The position numbers were made by a program, and so were the translations under genes. Under the pieces are notes generated by a model that worked only from the letters and a program-made list of their open reading frames with translations, was not told the origin of the DNA and did not search any database. Below are positions 44,857 to 59,800 of a stretch of 64,000 bases of DNA, piece after piece. The DNA is from Oopsacas minuta. Lineage: Eukaryota; Animalia; Porifera. The stretch covers positions 760,619 through 824,618 of the forward strand of contig JAKMXF010000111.1 in the NCBI GenBank assembly GCA_024704765.1, written 5' to 3'. How positions within the stretch are numbered: position 1 is the first letter of the stretch; each line of letters opens with the position of its first letter.

Positions 44857-47800
44857 ATGGAAGGGGCAAATACCCAAACTGGGAACCCTTTCAACGCAAC
44901 CCACTTTAATCTTGAGATCGCAGGCTACCTCAGGACAGAAGATATCATTTATCTGAATTGCAAATCGAAAGATGAGCAATATGTTATCTCAAGTGATGGG
45001 TTTGGTTCAAGCGAAATATTCCTAGGTGCTTATCAAGATAAATTTCCTCTCTGGAAGTCTGCTTTCATAATCGAACAAGCTACCTCAGTGCACATGCTGA
45101 ATACAAAACTATACCATGAAGGGTGCAGTAAGAAGACCAAACCTTCACAGACAGGCAGCACTAAAATACACAAAACTTTGACTTATGGAAACGCAATAAT
45201 TCTGAGACATCTCACAAGTAAAAAGTACCTAGCTTGCCAGCCAAGGATTGGAAATCAGAGTGATTACAAACTTAGATTTGTTAGAATAGTAGGTGATGGT
45301 TGTTGGTTCATCGTGCTACCTGGAAACACAGCTTCCTGTATCGGAGATAAAGTGAAGACTGGAGATGGAGCTCTGCTTAAAAACCATTTGACAGAGAGGT
45401 GAGTGGATCAACTTAAAATGTAAATTATATAAACGTATACACTCAAACTTGTCTATAACGGCCACCGAAGCCGCTATACAGAGGAATATTTATATTTAAT
45501 ATCGTGCTACGGGATTATATTTAAGTGACCGTTATGTACAGGTAACCGTTATACAGGTTTGACGGCATATATGACATAATTTATAGAATGTATATACAGA
45601 TACATCTACCATAAAATGGATGAGAAAGTGAGAACATTCTCTCAATCACAAACAGATGCACCACCACCATACATGATAGAGCGTTCCAGATCGAATCCAA
45701 GTCAGTCAAGATCAATAAGACATAAACTATCAAAAGCATTCACAATCTCAGAGCAATTTGAAGATAACGAGTATATAGGATCTAAAGAACTGAAAAAGAT
45801 TGAACTAAAGATTGACTTCAAAAAGACAATCTGGCGTATAATGGTACTAGCTTCCAGTGACGCTAGAGATTTGTATCAGGACTATTTAAGTGGAGAGGAT
45901 TACATTCAAATACATTCTCCCGTAAAAGGGTATCTAGGTCCTGAGGTAGGAGGAGAAATACAACCAGACCAGAAGCAACGTGATTTATCGCAGAGAAAAT
46001 CTCTCAGCTGTTTAGATGAATTCCTAAGCAAAGATTATATAAAGGAAGATCAGCCGAAATTGGTTTACAAACAAGATACAAGTGGGGTAGGTAACGTATG
46101 GCGAGTGGAGACAATCAAAAGTGTGGGTGGAAAGTGGGGCGCATCTTTCGTCAGATGGCAACAAGCATTTAATCTAGTCAATGTAGTGACAGGTACATAT
46201 CTAGCTTACTGCAAGGAAAAAAGAGAATTATGTCTAGTAAAGTTGGAGGAGATTGGCGAGGAAAATCATACATGTGATACTATTGATTTTAAGTGTTTAT
46301 CTATTTGTAAATCTAAAATGGACATAACAGGAGCTAAGACAAGCACATGTACTCAAAACACCATGACATTCCCGAGAGGAAAAGATGAAATTTTCTTTGA
46401 CGAAGAAGAGTTTTCGCCTCCTCAAATAAAGTTTGCGGAATCTTCAATTATCCTGCTAGCTGATACAGAACAGATGCCATGTGTTGCTTTCGATACTTTC
46501 GTAACAGAACAGAAGGAAAGCTCTAACATAGCTACAACCAGTCAGGATCATAAATATATTTTCTCACTCAACTTTTCGCTGGTTCCTTCAGAAAAAGCTT
46601 ATGCAGCTAATCTTATTTGTGTTACAGAAGCAATCGTTGATGCTTTCAAATGTTTGAGAAATGAAACACTCAAAAATGAATTCAAAAACTTTTATCCAAT
46701 TAGGAAGAATCTAAGGAATATGTTAAGTGATCTTATGAGCTATTTAGATCCACAAAGGGATAACACATGGAATGAAGTTGATTCTAGAGACCCCACTATG
46801 AAGAGGCTAAGCTTAAGGTTAGTTAAGTCTCATTACATTTAAGAGAGTAGTTCACAAAGCAGTAGGTATAAATTGTTGTAAAGTAAACAGTGAAATATAT
46901 TAGAGAAAACGTGTCTAAATTATGCATGATGTTTTACGCAATACCAAAATTTGTTAAAATAAATTAAGAGTTCAGTATTTGTAATTATTAAACAACTTGT
47001 AGGGCAAAACAGACACTATTCAGCAGTGAAGGGATACTCCTTGAGTTTCCTGCTATCCTGGCCTACTTACAAGAACTCCGTTTACAGATCCGTATGGAGG
47101 TTAAGAGAGATCATTTGAGAATGATTAACGAACTGACAAGAGATATTCTAGAAGTAATTGCATTAATGATTGAAGGAAACCCGGAAAATTGCCAAAAATT
47201 AGTCAGGAAAGATTGGTTAGATATTTTCTTCGATTTGTTAGAAATTCAGGCTTTTTTTGAAGGAGTTTTAAAAGTACTACATCTTGCAGTACAAAGTAGT
47301 CCAACAGTACTCACACTTTTCTCTGAAAACATTGAATATTTTGACCGTATTTTCAATCTTCTGGAGAAATTCGGTAGGAATGAGAGGGTACTTGATCTCC
47401 TATCAGCATTGTGTGTTCATGAAGGAGTTGCGATTAGACGCAATCAGGATAATATCACGAAACTTCTACTCGGTTCAAACATAAGAAATTCTCTCTTCCT
47501 GAAAACCTACTCTATCGAGATAGTCGATTTCTTCAGACCCAATCTTTTCCTGCATTATGTCCCTAACAGTGCTTCCTATACTGAATGGTTCTTCGAGGTA
47601 GAGTTTAAGTCAACTTCTGATCATAACGAAGAAGCTCTGCATGCACGAGTTGGCTGGGCTTATGTTGAATATTTTAAAACTGAACCTACAATAATCGCAT
47701 ACGAGAGTAACACGGAACTTGACACTGAACCAGTGAAAGTTGGAGTAGGTAGTGATCTTACATCTTTTGGTTTTGATGGACAATTCATGTGGATTGGTGG

Positions 47801-50800
47801 GAACAAATATCAAGTGGAGGAGTTAATGGATGAAAATCTACAAATCCTCCATGAACCTATCACGATAGGTTGTTACATAGACATGCAAAAGGGCCGAGCT
47901 TGGTTCTTTTTGAATGGGAAACAAGTAAACATTTCAATAACAGGAATTGTTCCAGAGGAATACATAACACCTGTAGTGAGCTTAAGAGGACAGGTACAAG
48001 CTGTTGTAAGATTAGGAAAAGAATTTGGAAATTTCAAGTACCCTCCTCCTCAGCACCTGTTTAAACCAGCACCCTTATGTGATGCTCGTCTCTCAATCAA
48101 TGATTCACTAAAGATGGAAAAATGGGTGTGTCCAGATCAGATGGACAATAGACAACTCGATATCATTACTCCAGATGATCCTTTACCAAAAGGAGTTGTA
48201 ACTCTATCAAGTCCAATTTCTCCAGATAAATTCAATGCATATATACCGATACAGGTCCAAGATTTGGAACCAATGACTCCGAGTACTTCAATTGTTGACG
48301 GCAGAAGAAAATCTCTCCCTAATTTCCAGATTGCTTTCCAGTTAGGAAGCAAGAAGCAAGACCTAGCAGAATTCCTTCATGACGCCTGGAGTGAGAAGTG
48401 TCTCTCTCTAGACTATAAATGGGGAGAAGTCACTGATCCTATTAAGAAGACTATGAGAGAGTTAGACCATTTTGATAAACTGGATGAACATGATCAAGAA
48501 GAATACATCGTACTAGCTGAAGCACTCATAGATGGGTTGAATAAGTATGATTGTAATATCAATGTACTTAATTGGAAATATGAACGTCCAAGGGAGAGGA
48601 GCGAAGTATACAAACCTTTGCATTACAGTTTAGCAAATCATTCTAAACCACACTGGAATCGCTATCATGATGCAATCTCTCGGCAACTTGCTGAATATGT
48701 TCATAATCAACTCTGCCTAAAGAAGATACAAAGAGGTTGGCGTTACGGTTATGAAATGAACGAGCAATTAAAATTACACCCCTCACTTCGTCCATTAGAG
48801 AGTTTCGAACAAACTACACTCACATACTTGAGACTACGACATCTAATCAACAGTACAATCCAGCTAGTCCTAGCATCAAATGGAGGGAATTTGGAATTAA
48901 AACACGATGAAGAAACTAAAACAGGATTAGAAGAGTCAAAAGGAGAAACCAGATTCACTACTTTCAAGGTTTCTAATCAGTTCGCTGTATCCTACAAGGA
49001 AAACGGAAATAACCGTTGGTATTTCGAGGCTATTATAAAGTCGGAAGGACAAATAAGAGTAGGTTGGGCTACGACAGATGCGACGCCTGGAATACCACTT
49101 GGTGACGACAAACATTCCTATGCGTTCAGTGGTTACTGTGTAGCTTGTAAATGTCATAACAACACAGAATCTTTTGGTAGAACTTGGAAGAAAGATTCTG
49201 TTCTTGGCTGTTTTTTGGATCTAAATGATGGTACAATTATTTTTTCACTGGACGGACAATTCCTCAGAAGCAGTAGTAACGTAAAAAATGCATTCACTAA
49301 CATTCCAATAAACAAGCGTTATCTACCAGCTGTTTCTCTCGGACCTGAGCAGAGAGTCATCCTCAACTTTGGTCAGAAACAGGACTCATTACAAATGCTT
49401 CAAAGAACATTTGAGCAGCCTGAAGTGTTCACACCTTTCGGGGAAGGAATAATTTGTCAAATTCCTATTTACATTTCACAGAGAACAAATGATTCAGTAA
49501 GAATTGAAAAAAGTGGAACTCAACCAGTCAGAATCTTAGACCCACAGAAACAATGGAAAACACCTCCACCAATCAAACTACAGTTAAGAAAGAAGACACG
49601 AATGCTGTATATGTCTCTAAATATGGGGATATGTCCTCTTAGAGCTGGAGAGGAACGGTTCTCCTTCAGTGTTTCAATTCCTAATCTCGACAATAGACAA
49701 GCTTTCGAGCGTGGTTACATAGGATTCACAACATCACACTTCACACAGATGAACTCTCAATACCAACTCCGGGCAATAGGAGAAACACATAATCCAGGAC
49801 CTGTATACTCATTAGATAAAGAATGTCTAGCAGCTGGTATTGTGGGGGAGGAGAATACTCCAGGCGAGTTGATTAGCTTCTATCTTGTTCCTCTATCTAC
49901 ATTCATTGATCAATTCACAAATGAGAAGCCTCAAGCTGTCCACACTAACTTCCTCAGAGTCAGCTGTATTATGGATCTCATAACACGTAATGTACTGTTC
50001 TATCTGGATGAAGATTTTATCTGTGAGATTCCTATTAAAAACTTGAACTTCTTTCTCTATCCCAGTCTACTGTACGCTGGTAATCAAGGAGATATAATAG
50101 AATTCGATTTCAATCCCTTTAGAGAATGCAGTCCGTTTATTCACGGGTTACTTGATCCAGAAATTTGTGGGGATAACGTGTTCACGGAACGAATGCATCT
50201 CCGAGTCTCTACTCCCCATAAATGGTCCAATTTGGAACTCAATTCTAACAGATTCTCCATTCACCTGGAGCGTGATGAAGGGATCAGTATTAATTCAAAA
50301 CTATCGCCATATCGAGCATCGCTTATGGATTCTGAGAATTATGAAGATAACGCATTTCCAAGTGTTGGAGAAGACTTGCCTAGGAGATTTTCAAGGATAT
50401 ACAATATAGATGCAGAACTCACACATCTGGAAGAAGATACTTTTGAATTTTTTCCGTATGAAATTCCGAAATTTGACACGAATCTCAACCATCCAAACAA
50501 AAACATGCATTTGTTGATACCAGAAGAGAGCTGCTTGATATCGTTAATGGATACAATTGAAAATAAACAGCTGATAGAATTCTATACAAAAACTATTCTC
50601 TTACTAATATCAGTCTGTGATAAAGACTTTATTAAAGCTAAAGAGATGGTACTAGACTACGTAGGTTTCCAGCACTTACTCTCTTCTCTAGAGTTAGGAA
50701 TCCAACAGCTGATACCCGTACAACTTAGCCTTGCAATATACAAACTCTGCATTGCTCTATTCCTTGAGGCAGAATATAACCTAAAGGCTATGACTAGAAG

Positions 50801-53800
50801 GGAATCCCTAATTGAAATGATGACAGAGCCTCCTCAGATAATAACTGTCCTGCCAAGAGACCCTACTATAAACGATTTCATTGAAGAAAGAGAGTCTGTT
50901 GGTTCAATGTCTGGCTGGCACTTTTCCTACGGATCACAACTACTAGCTCAGCTTAAAGGTATGGTATTTGCAAAACTCTGGGAGATTATGTCAGTCAAGC
51001 TATATACTTGTAGCTTTCTGAAAGATAAGAAAATGAGAGAGGGCGTGCTAATGCCGTTACTGAATGTCATCAAACATCTGGTGCTGACAGAGAAGCTAGA
51101 TCCTAAGGAATATACCTGGCTAATGCTCATAATAGAACCGAAATACAAAGCTTACATCTGTGACGAGACTAGAAACTATGAGTTACCTTTCAAGGAGGGA
51201 TTACTTGGTATTCTAGACTTGGAAGATTCTGTAAAATATGAAATCTGTAGTATTCTGGATTACCTCTATGACCTGCACATTAGACGTCAAGTCTACAAAA
51301 CTGTTCATTTCATGATGAATATTTCTAATGACATCAAACAGAAGCAGGAAGAGAAGATGGAACATTTCAAGAACCAGCCTCATCATCCATCAGGAAGAGA
51401 ATTAAGACAACCACCAAGTCAGCAAATAGAATACTTCCTAGAGCAAGTTACTCAGTGCGGAGTTGACAAGTTTTATGAAATGCCAATTGAGAAACTTAAA
51501 AATTACTTTTTGTATTTTAAATCTACATTTGAATGCAGATCAAAGTACTGTGAAGACAGCTACGAAAAGCAAACAGACACACCTCCACAAATGTCCGATG
51601 ATATTACTACAGGTATAGCAGAACGACCTAACACTAAGTTAAGAGATTCCATAATAGAGGGGTTGTTAGGCTGGGCTAGACAGATTGCAGATAATCATCC
51701 GCTAAGAGAAATAATATTCAGTTTAGTACGTAGATACGTGAGTAGAGTAGAGGAGTTTAGGGATGTGTTAGCTCGTACTTATGTACTTCCTAAAAGCTCT
51801 AAGAAATCAGAGACCTCTAGCTCTGAGACAAGCAGAGCAGCTGAGATACTCGGGGCACTAGGTCATCTCAGATCAGTTCTTAATATCAAACTCAATCAAC
51901 AAGATGAAACTCGTCTCACTCTTGCAATAGGGACACTAACCAATGCAAACGTTCTCTTCCAATACCCGGACTCTCTTTTTATCCTAGGTGTGTATGAAGC
52001 CGTACTGAACGTAATGGAGCATATTCTTAGAGAATGTCTACCCAAACAAGTGCAGAGCAAGTTGAAGAAGAGAATTTCTGTAAAATTCGGGACTTTGAGA
52101 AAGATACATTCGTTTGGTATAACTCAAAACACATTTGCTTGTTGTATCCACTTCCTCTGCTCGCTAATAAGATATTTCCCCCTCTTCTCTATACATAGTT
52201 CTAACTCTACTGATGTGTTCTTCTCAGAATTAGACAAGTTGATAGAACTATCTTTTATCTACGTGCACTCAACCAAGAAAGATGCTCTCTCTAGCCCGTT
52301 AGAAGTTGTCAATTCACTTATCAAGCAAAATGAGAAACTAACCCTCTCATTGAAAGAAAGTCAAATCAACCAGATACTAGAATTCCTAACAAACACGTTG
52401 TTCAAAGTTCCTGATTCGAAATTACGCAAACTTGATAGTGAATATCAATTCCGTCATGGGCTATGTTATTTAGAATTTCTCAAGTACGCAGTATCATCTC
52501 AGGAGAAATACATAGAGACCAATGCAAAGATTGTAGTTATGTACTTTATCAACCACAAAGAAACAATCGACCAAGCTCTACTCAATTTCTTCAGTAAGCA
52601 GACACTTGCTTCAGAACCTGAATTGATGTTCTATACAAACTTCCTAGATTTACTTGGTAAGTTAATTTTAGTGAAATTTACCCCGCTCGAGAAATTTCTA
52701 TCAAATTACCATAAATGGTCACTCAAATATTGTAAACATTTAATTTTTGTTAGACTTGCTTTCATGTAAATGGGTGGGACATATGTGTACTATAGGAAGG
52801 TCTTTATTTTAGTAGTAGAATTCTCTTACAAAGGAATATCAATTACATGAATTGTAAAATTCATTATATTTCTAGTCAATGTTGTACCTGTATGATGTTG
52901 GAAATATTTGAACTGTCAACTATTAGCTAAGGGCAGATTGTGCTATGGGGTTGTTCAAACGTTACGTAACGCTACAGTTATTACTGATATAATAAAGATT
53001 CAAAATTGCTGAGTAGAAAATATTCCAAGCAATTATTCAACTAGCAACTTTAGCAAATGTGTTAACAATTTAAAAGGAAAATCATTTTTGACCCCATCTC
53101 CCTGTGTCACGCTTTTTCACCGTTTTGTAATACAAAAAGATTGGGGCTGTCACACTTCGAATACCACCCCCTCCCCTTGATTAATGAAATATCTTAGGGA
53201 GATGTGCACCACCACGTAAATATGAGGATGGAGTAGAAGAAATATCAGAATCACAAAATAATAATGAAAATCTGCAGTTTCGAAAGAAAACTTGTTTGCT
53301 TTTACAAAACTTCATATCTGAGAAACTAATTCTTGAATTTCTAAGCATGAAGGGACATCAATTAGAAGATAAATGGATGCTCTACAAGTCTGCCCTTATA
53401 GCTATTCTCGACAGGATACATGGTATTACAGAACCACAGAGTACAAGTGAAAGTAAGACTGATACAGAAAGAGATCAATTAGGATATCCAAACACAGAAT
53501 CACGTAGTAGCTTTTTAGAGTTGGTAGATGGGCCTTTCCTTTGCGATCTAAGCAGAGCTTTGCTGAAGCATCAATTCGAAGTTAGTGATACCTCAAGAGA
53601 CCATCGAGGCCATGGATCATTTCGCGAGGAGCCTAACACTCCTCTACAAGATCTGACCTACATAATGAGTGCAGTACTGCCTGTTATAACAAAGGGATTT
53701 CATAACATACATCGTCTCCTACTAACCAATACAGAAACTCATATACTTAACTCTACTCTATACGCTACCTACTGGATATCATTCCTGATTCCAGAGAAAC

Positions 53801-56800
53801 TGTCAGGACGCTACAAGAAACCTCTAGCAGAGTTCTTCTCGGAATTTGCTATCGTTATCCCTCCCTTTGTAATGTGCAACTTCTTCAGATGTATAACTAG
53901 TGATATTTCGCATATGCGGTTAGGAACTGCACAAGTTCTGTTCAAGTTCTTCCAGCAACATCTTGAACATTATCAATCTTATTATAATCAAACAAACTCT
54001 GAGTTACAAGGAAGAGCAAAACTACCTGAACAAGAAGATTTAATAACTTTGTTTTTCCAACTCTTATACTATTTGTTGAAGAATAATGATAAAGTTACAC
54101 CAAAAGAATTGGCAGAAGACCACCCAATTATCCCAACTCTTATTGCTCTATCAGGTTGTATCAGTCCAATGACACTAACCAAAACACAAATAGATGATTT
54201 GTTATCTGATATAAATAATATTGAAGCTACACATAGCGCTTCATTCGATGCAGATATCATATCATTGGTTGTTCCAAAACATTCTTTTCTACCATTCTCT
54301 TACTACAATCGTAACCAGAAGAGAGATGGAGAGAGGAGGAGAATGTCACTCAGACGAGGAGCTATTCGGTATAATCAACTTGAAGAGAAATTGCATCCAT
54401 ACGGGGAAAAGTTTTGGGAACAAGTGAAGGGAGAGATCGCCATACTTAACGAGGAACTTGAATCACTGGAAGACCCTAACAAATATTCCAGATTAATGTC
54501 AGAATTGGTTGACTGTCTTGATCAAGAAAACCTGACAGTGAGCACGTTAAAAGAACGAGAAAGGGATAATAGTAGTACGAGTATATTCTCGTTACAGTCC
54601 TCAGATGGAGAGTCATCACTGCCCCTGACACGTACAGAAGTCCCTAGGAGAGACACAAGTTATAAAACCTTAAAGAGGATGTCTTCAACAAATAGCTTCC
54701 AGCATCAATATAAAGATGAGTTCACAGAACGGTTAAGCAGACATCTATACTTCTGGGTATGTGGTCCACACTCCGCTATAGCCAGTCCAGTAGCATCGTC
54801 TTTACCTACTAGTGCCCACGATGTAGAACATATGCCATTTGAAATACTTCTCTCCAAGAAGAGACATGCACTCAAAGTGATAATCAATTATTTCTTCCAG
54901 TTATTGGACTATATAGGATTAAGAGTAAGGAGAGGACCTAATTCAGAAAGGGTAGGATCTAATTTTCTTTTCGGTACTGAAGAGGATGGTGTATCTCCTA
55001 AGTTACAGCGATTTTCTCTTCGATTACTACGCGGGACAAAAGTATTTCTCGAGAAAACAACTGGAGATGATCCAGCGTATCGTGCTCCCAGCTCACTACA
55101 AGACATTGATGAATCAGGGAGTGCATTCGTTACACAGCCAAAGAAATCCAAATCTACGTATAGTGCTGATAACTTAAAGTTCTTCTTGAAAGTACTAATC
55201 CCTATTCTCAACAGACATTTCCATCTACACAAAGTATACTATCTGAAGAGTGGTAGAGTATTTTATCAGGTTACTGCTACAGCCCAGGAGAGCGATGAAT
55301 TATCGAATCTATTCAGTGAATTCGTTACACATCTCCCAAAGATTCCATTATCTCTAGAACCTTCCAATCGATCTATCTTTACATTAAAACTAAAAGTATT
55401 TTTGCGTCGTCTTAGTGACGCAATCGAAGTGACCCCAAAGATGGCAGAAGAAGTTGGAGCTGATGGAACATACAACTTGTCTCTATATATGAGGAGTGGT
55501 AGTCATATAATGGAGTTAGTATCAAAACGCACCGGCGAGTACTCCTCCTGGATAAATATATCCTGTACACTGACTATTATGCTTCCTTTCTTTATAAATC
55601 TATTCAGGAAGATAGGAACTAGTTTGGAAGAAGATGTAGTGGAATATTTCGATAATCTAGAAGAATCAATTCGAGACAAAATCAAGCCTTATCTTAAAAT
55701 CCTGTATAACTCATTGATGAAAATAGCAATACAGTCTGAGCTACAGAACAATACCGTAATGAAGGAACAGATCGGTACGTGTATAGGATTGTTAACACAA
55801 GTTGCTCCACATGCTATATTCAAGGAAAAGATGGAGAGTTACGGAGTTAATGTGAACACCTGGCTAGATAGCATGTCTAGAAGCGAACTGATAGGAAATA
55901 TCATATTTCCGAACTATATTCATTTGCCTATTCTCTCATACACACTTGCGAAATATGGCAGAGATCCAGAAATAGACCCGCTTAAATTCCAGAAATGGGT
56001 GGACCAATTCATTGAAGAAGCATTTAACTGCATGCTGGAGAAGGTTAGGCTAAATCGAGATTTCATTCTTCTCTGGATAGAGACACACATTGAGAAGATA
56101 ATAATATGGTGCTCACCTGAAGTATTCTGGAGAAAATTTCTTGAAGTAATCAGTGAAGTTCGTATCCACCTGCTACAGGTGTATAATGCTGATAAAGCAG
56201 AACAACACAAGATACAGACTCAATCACAGAATAAGACAGGATACACGAATATTGATAACAAGTATTTCCAGACTATGTATAAGATTGTAGCTCAACAGTA
56301 CATTACAAGTGAGTTGATGACTATATTACGAAATAACGGGTAATAATTAGAAAGAATTATCGTTCCCAATGAATGCTTTTTCATTCAATATACCAATATT
56401 TACACATTCTGTGGATCCACTGCTATCGTCCGTGAACTACCAAGGGTCCAATGACCCCAGGTTTGGAAACCGATAAACTATCTTTACTACATTAAATTTT
56501 CTAGCAATTTCATTATTATGGCGTTACATCACAAAAGACAACATTCGTGAAGAGGTAGAGAGAAGAGAAGTGAATGATAAGTTCGTTAGCTTACTAATTA
56601 TACTCATGGAGATATTCGCTATATGGTGTGAGTCCCAATCTTTCAAGAAGGAATGTTTAAGTCTTGTAAAGTTAATTAAAGATCTAATAGTATTTGAGGA
56701 TTCAATGTTGTTAGGGGTAAGTAGAGGTAGTCAATGCGTATTTAGGAAACAAATATGTTAAACTAAATTCAATAGGTAATATTCACAGAAATGGAGATTA

Positions 56801-59800
56801 ACACAAACTACCCGCTTGAGCGTAGAAGCGGTATCGTATTAATCCTAAGACGTATCTTACATTTTGGGAAAGCTATTCCTTTCATCGAAAAGAACGAATG
56901 TTTGATAAATGAAGGCGTTAAGCTGCTACAAGAAGGGAAATCTCAGCACGCAGTGTCTGACTTAATTAGAGAAGAGTTTGCTCCGAGCGAACCAAAAAAT
57001 CCCAAGCAAGGAACATTTAAAAATCTAACTTGCATAGCTAACAATATGCTCTCACGGAGTGGCGGTGATCATATACAACTATTCATGAAGGAATTCATTC
57101 TTATGAAGCACCGCTTAAACGTAATGGCTAATCATACTTCACCTGGTGCTAGCAAATGGAAATGGCTCAGACACAAACAGATAATACGTAATATGATAAA
57201 GTTTCTAGCTAGCAAGCAATTGTGTAAAATGGCAAACTTCAGAGTAACCAACCATCTAATCCAAGGATACAGATTAAGGGTATTGTCTGGGCTAGAGTCT
57301 AATCAGAATCTCATACGAAATCTAGTTCAGAGCAATGTAAGCTGTCCTCAAAATGTAAGTACTGTGTAATTTGTGGATAATCCACATTAATGACTTGTCT
57401 AATACTAGGTTTCAGGAGCTAGTCTCGAACACATAGATTTCCAGCCAATAGCTCCACTAGTCTCACTGCTAGAGGTTCCAGCCAAAACTACTCATGAGGA
57501 GCAGTTGTATCTGGAGTATACACGGTATATGTTTCAAGCCTGTGACGATCTCTGGAGTGAGCTGGATGAGACTGATGACACCATGGATGATGAGAGAGAC
57601 CCCACAGAAGTTGAAGACAGGAAGTATAGGAGGATAGCACTCGAGAAGTTGCAGGTCAGTATTTATACGTAGAGTACAGCTTCGTTGATTTAAACTGTAT
57701 TCAAATAATTCAATACACTAATAGGAGAAACTCAACCATCTAGAAGTTCCACAAATGGTGATTAAAGTACTGATCAACTGTAGAGGAATCTGGTCTGCAT
57801 CTATATACCACTGCCTCCAGCTGGGTATAGCTATACTAAGAGGAGGAAATGAAGATGTACAGGAGAGTATGCTTACTTTTATCACCAAAACTTGTCCGAA
57901 GGAAACACCTCTTTTCAGAAACATATCAAAGCTGATAACCAGCAGTACAGTGCTAGATCTAGAATTATTCAATAGAGGAAAAGCTATTATGACTCATGGA
58001 CATATACAGTCTAAGATAAATGCGTTAGGTCACTACGAGTACACCATAGCATTGTTTAGGTGTGTTTAAATTAATATGACGTCACATACTTAGCTGAATA
58101 ATATATTACATGGTCCAATTGGTGTAGGTTTCTTCAGTTGCTCTGTGAGGGACATAATGCTAGTTTCCAGGAGTATCTACACACACAGGCTGGGAAGAGT
58201 ACAACAGTAAACCTAGTACAGATTACAGTTGATTATTTGCTACTGATGCAGGAGTCTATCTCTAGTTTCTGTTGGCATTATAACAACATGGATCATATTG
58301 AAGCAATGGGACAAGACAATATATCATGTGCTTTCTCAGTTATCAAGCAGGTTCTTATTACACTAACAGAGTATATACAAGGACCGTGCAAACTCAATCA
58401 GACTGCATTATCGAGATCTCGTCTATGGGACGCTATACAGGGATTGTTAAGACTATTCGCATACCTCCAGGAACAACTCAGTAACACAAACTCTATAGAG
58501 TTATTAAGAGAAGTACTCAAGGTGCTTAGTGATATGATAATCCTATTACTGAGTATGCTAGAAGGAAATCAAATGTCAAGTGAGATAGGAGTATCTATGA
58601 AGCATACACTTGTTGACTGTAGAAATGAATTACAGGATATTACAAAGTTCTGTTTCATGTTCATTAAGCTTAACGACACACTTACCTCAAAAGCATTCAC
58701 ACAATATGATACCAATAAAGACGGGAGGATATCTCGACTGGAATTTGAACGATCATTGCAAACTCAAAAGCAGTATTCCCCAGAGGAAGTTGATTATTTA
58801 ATGCGATGCGGGGATACTAACAGAGACGGATACATAGACTATGCTGAATTTCTAGATAGGTTTCTGCTAAGAGCGGAAGAGATAGGATTTAATTTGGTTG
58901 TTTTGTTACAGAATCTATTCGAACATCTTCCAAAAACTAATTCTGATTTTGAGCTCAATGACTTGAGGAATAGAGGTAAGGAATTAATGGAATATTTCAA
59001 TAACCATCTGGGATCTATTGAAATAATTGGGAAGAGCAGAACTGTTGAAAAGGTCTACTTTCAGATTCCTAAGAGCTGTAGGGACCAGTGGGCACGTTCT
59101 CAGATACAAGAGTCTAAGCGTGAGTTTATCAACACATGTGATCACGAGAATGTGAATAGCAAGCTAGACAAATTCATAGATTTCTCAGAGAATACAATAT
59201 TCGAGATGCGACATTTCGGTAAGCTCTGTCAAGTTGAAGAATGGGAGAGAGAGTCCAGAGCGAAAAGTCACCGTGATCAGAATATAGAAAGATTTAGAGA
59301 AATCACGCCAGGCCCTCAGTCTCAAGAATACACAACAAGAAATACGATTCGAACTTCCACATATTCTGGGACAATCAAAGCTAAATGCTTGTGGATATTC
59401 TTAACAGTAATTCACATAATTCTATGGTGTGGTAAGAATGTTGGACGTCTGATACCAAAGCGATATCGGAAGAAGAAATGTACTGAAGCTACTCCCAAGA
59501 CCTGCTGGCTTAAAGGAGAAGACACGTGCATGTTACCTGGAGAAGATATAATAGCGGCAGGAGACTGTGTTGAATTGGAGCCATCACATTTAATGAGAGA
59601 AGCAAAGCAATACTATGAAACTTCTAAAATAATACCTGTAGGATTTTCAGATGAATATGTAGACTTAAAAAATAAAAACTTTTCTCGCTTGAGGAAATTG
59701 AAACAGTACATGAGAGATCTAACACAACTCACTCACTACTGGCCACTCATAATTCAGTCAAATTTCAGGTTGTCCAGTTTCCTAGTCGAAAATGAACAAA

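Noticed and set aside
52945-53180. Possible DNA-transposon remnant in RyR intron 3 (GGGGTTGTTCAAACGTTACGTAACGC...GTCACACTT...CCCCTCCCC)
   Set aside because: Looks repeat-like, but no matching second terminus or target duplication could be identified, so it is not listed as a feature.
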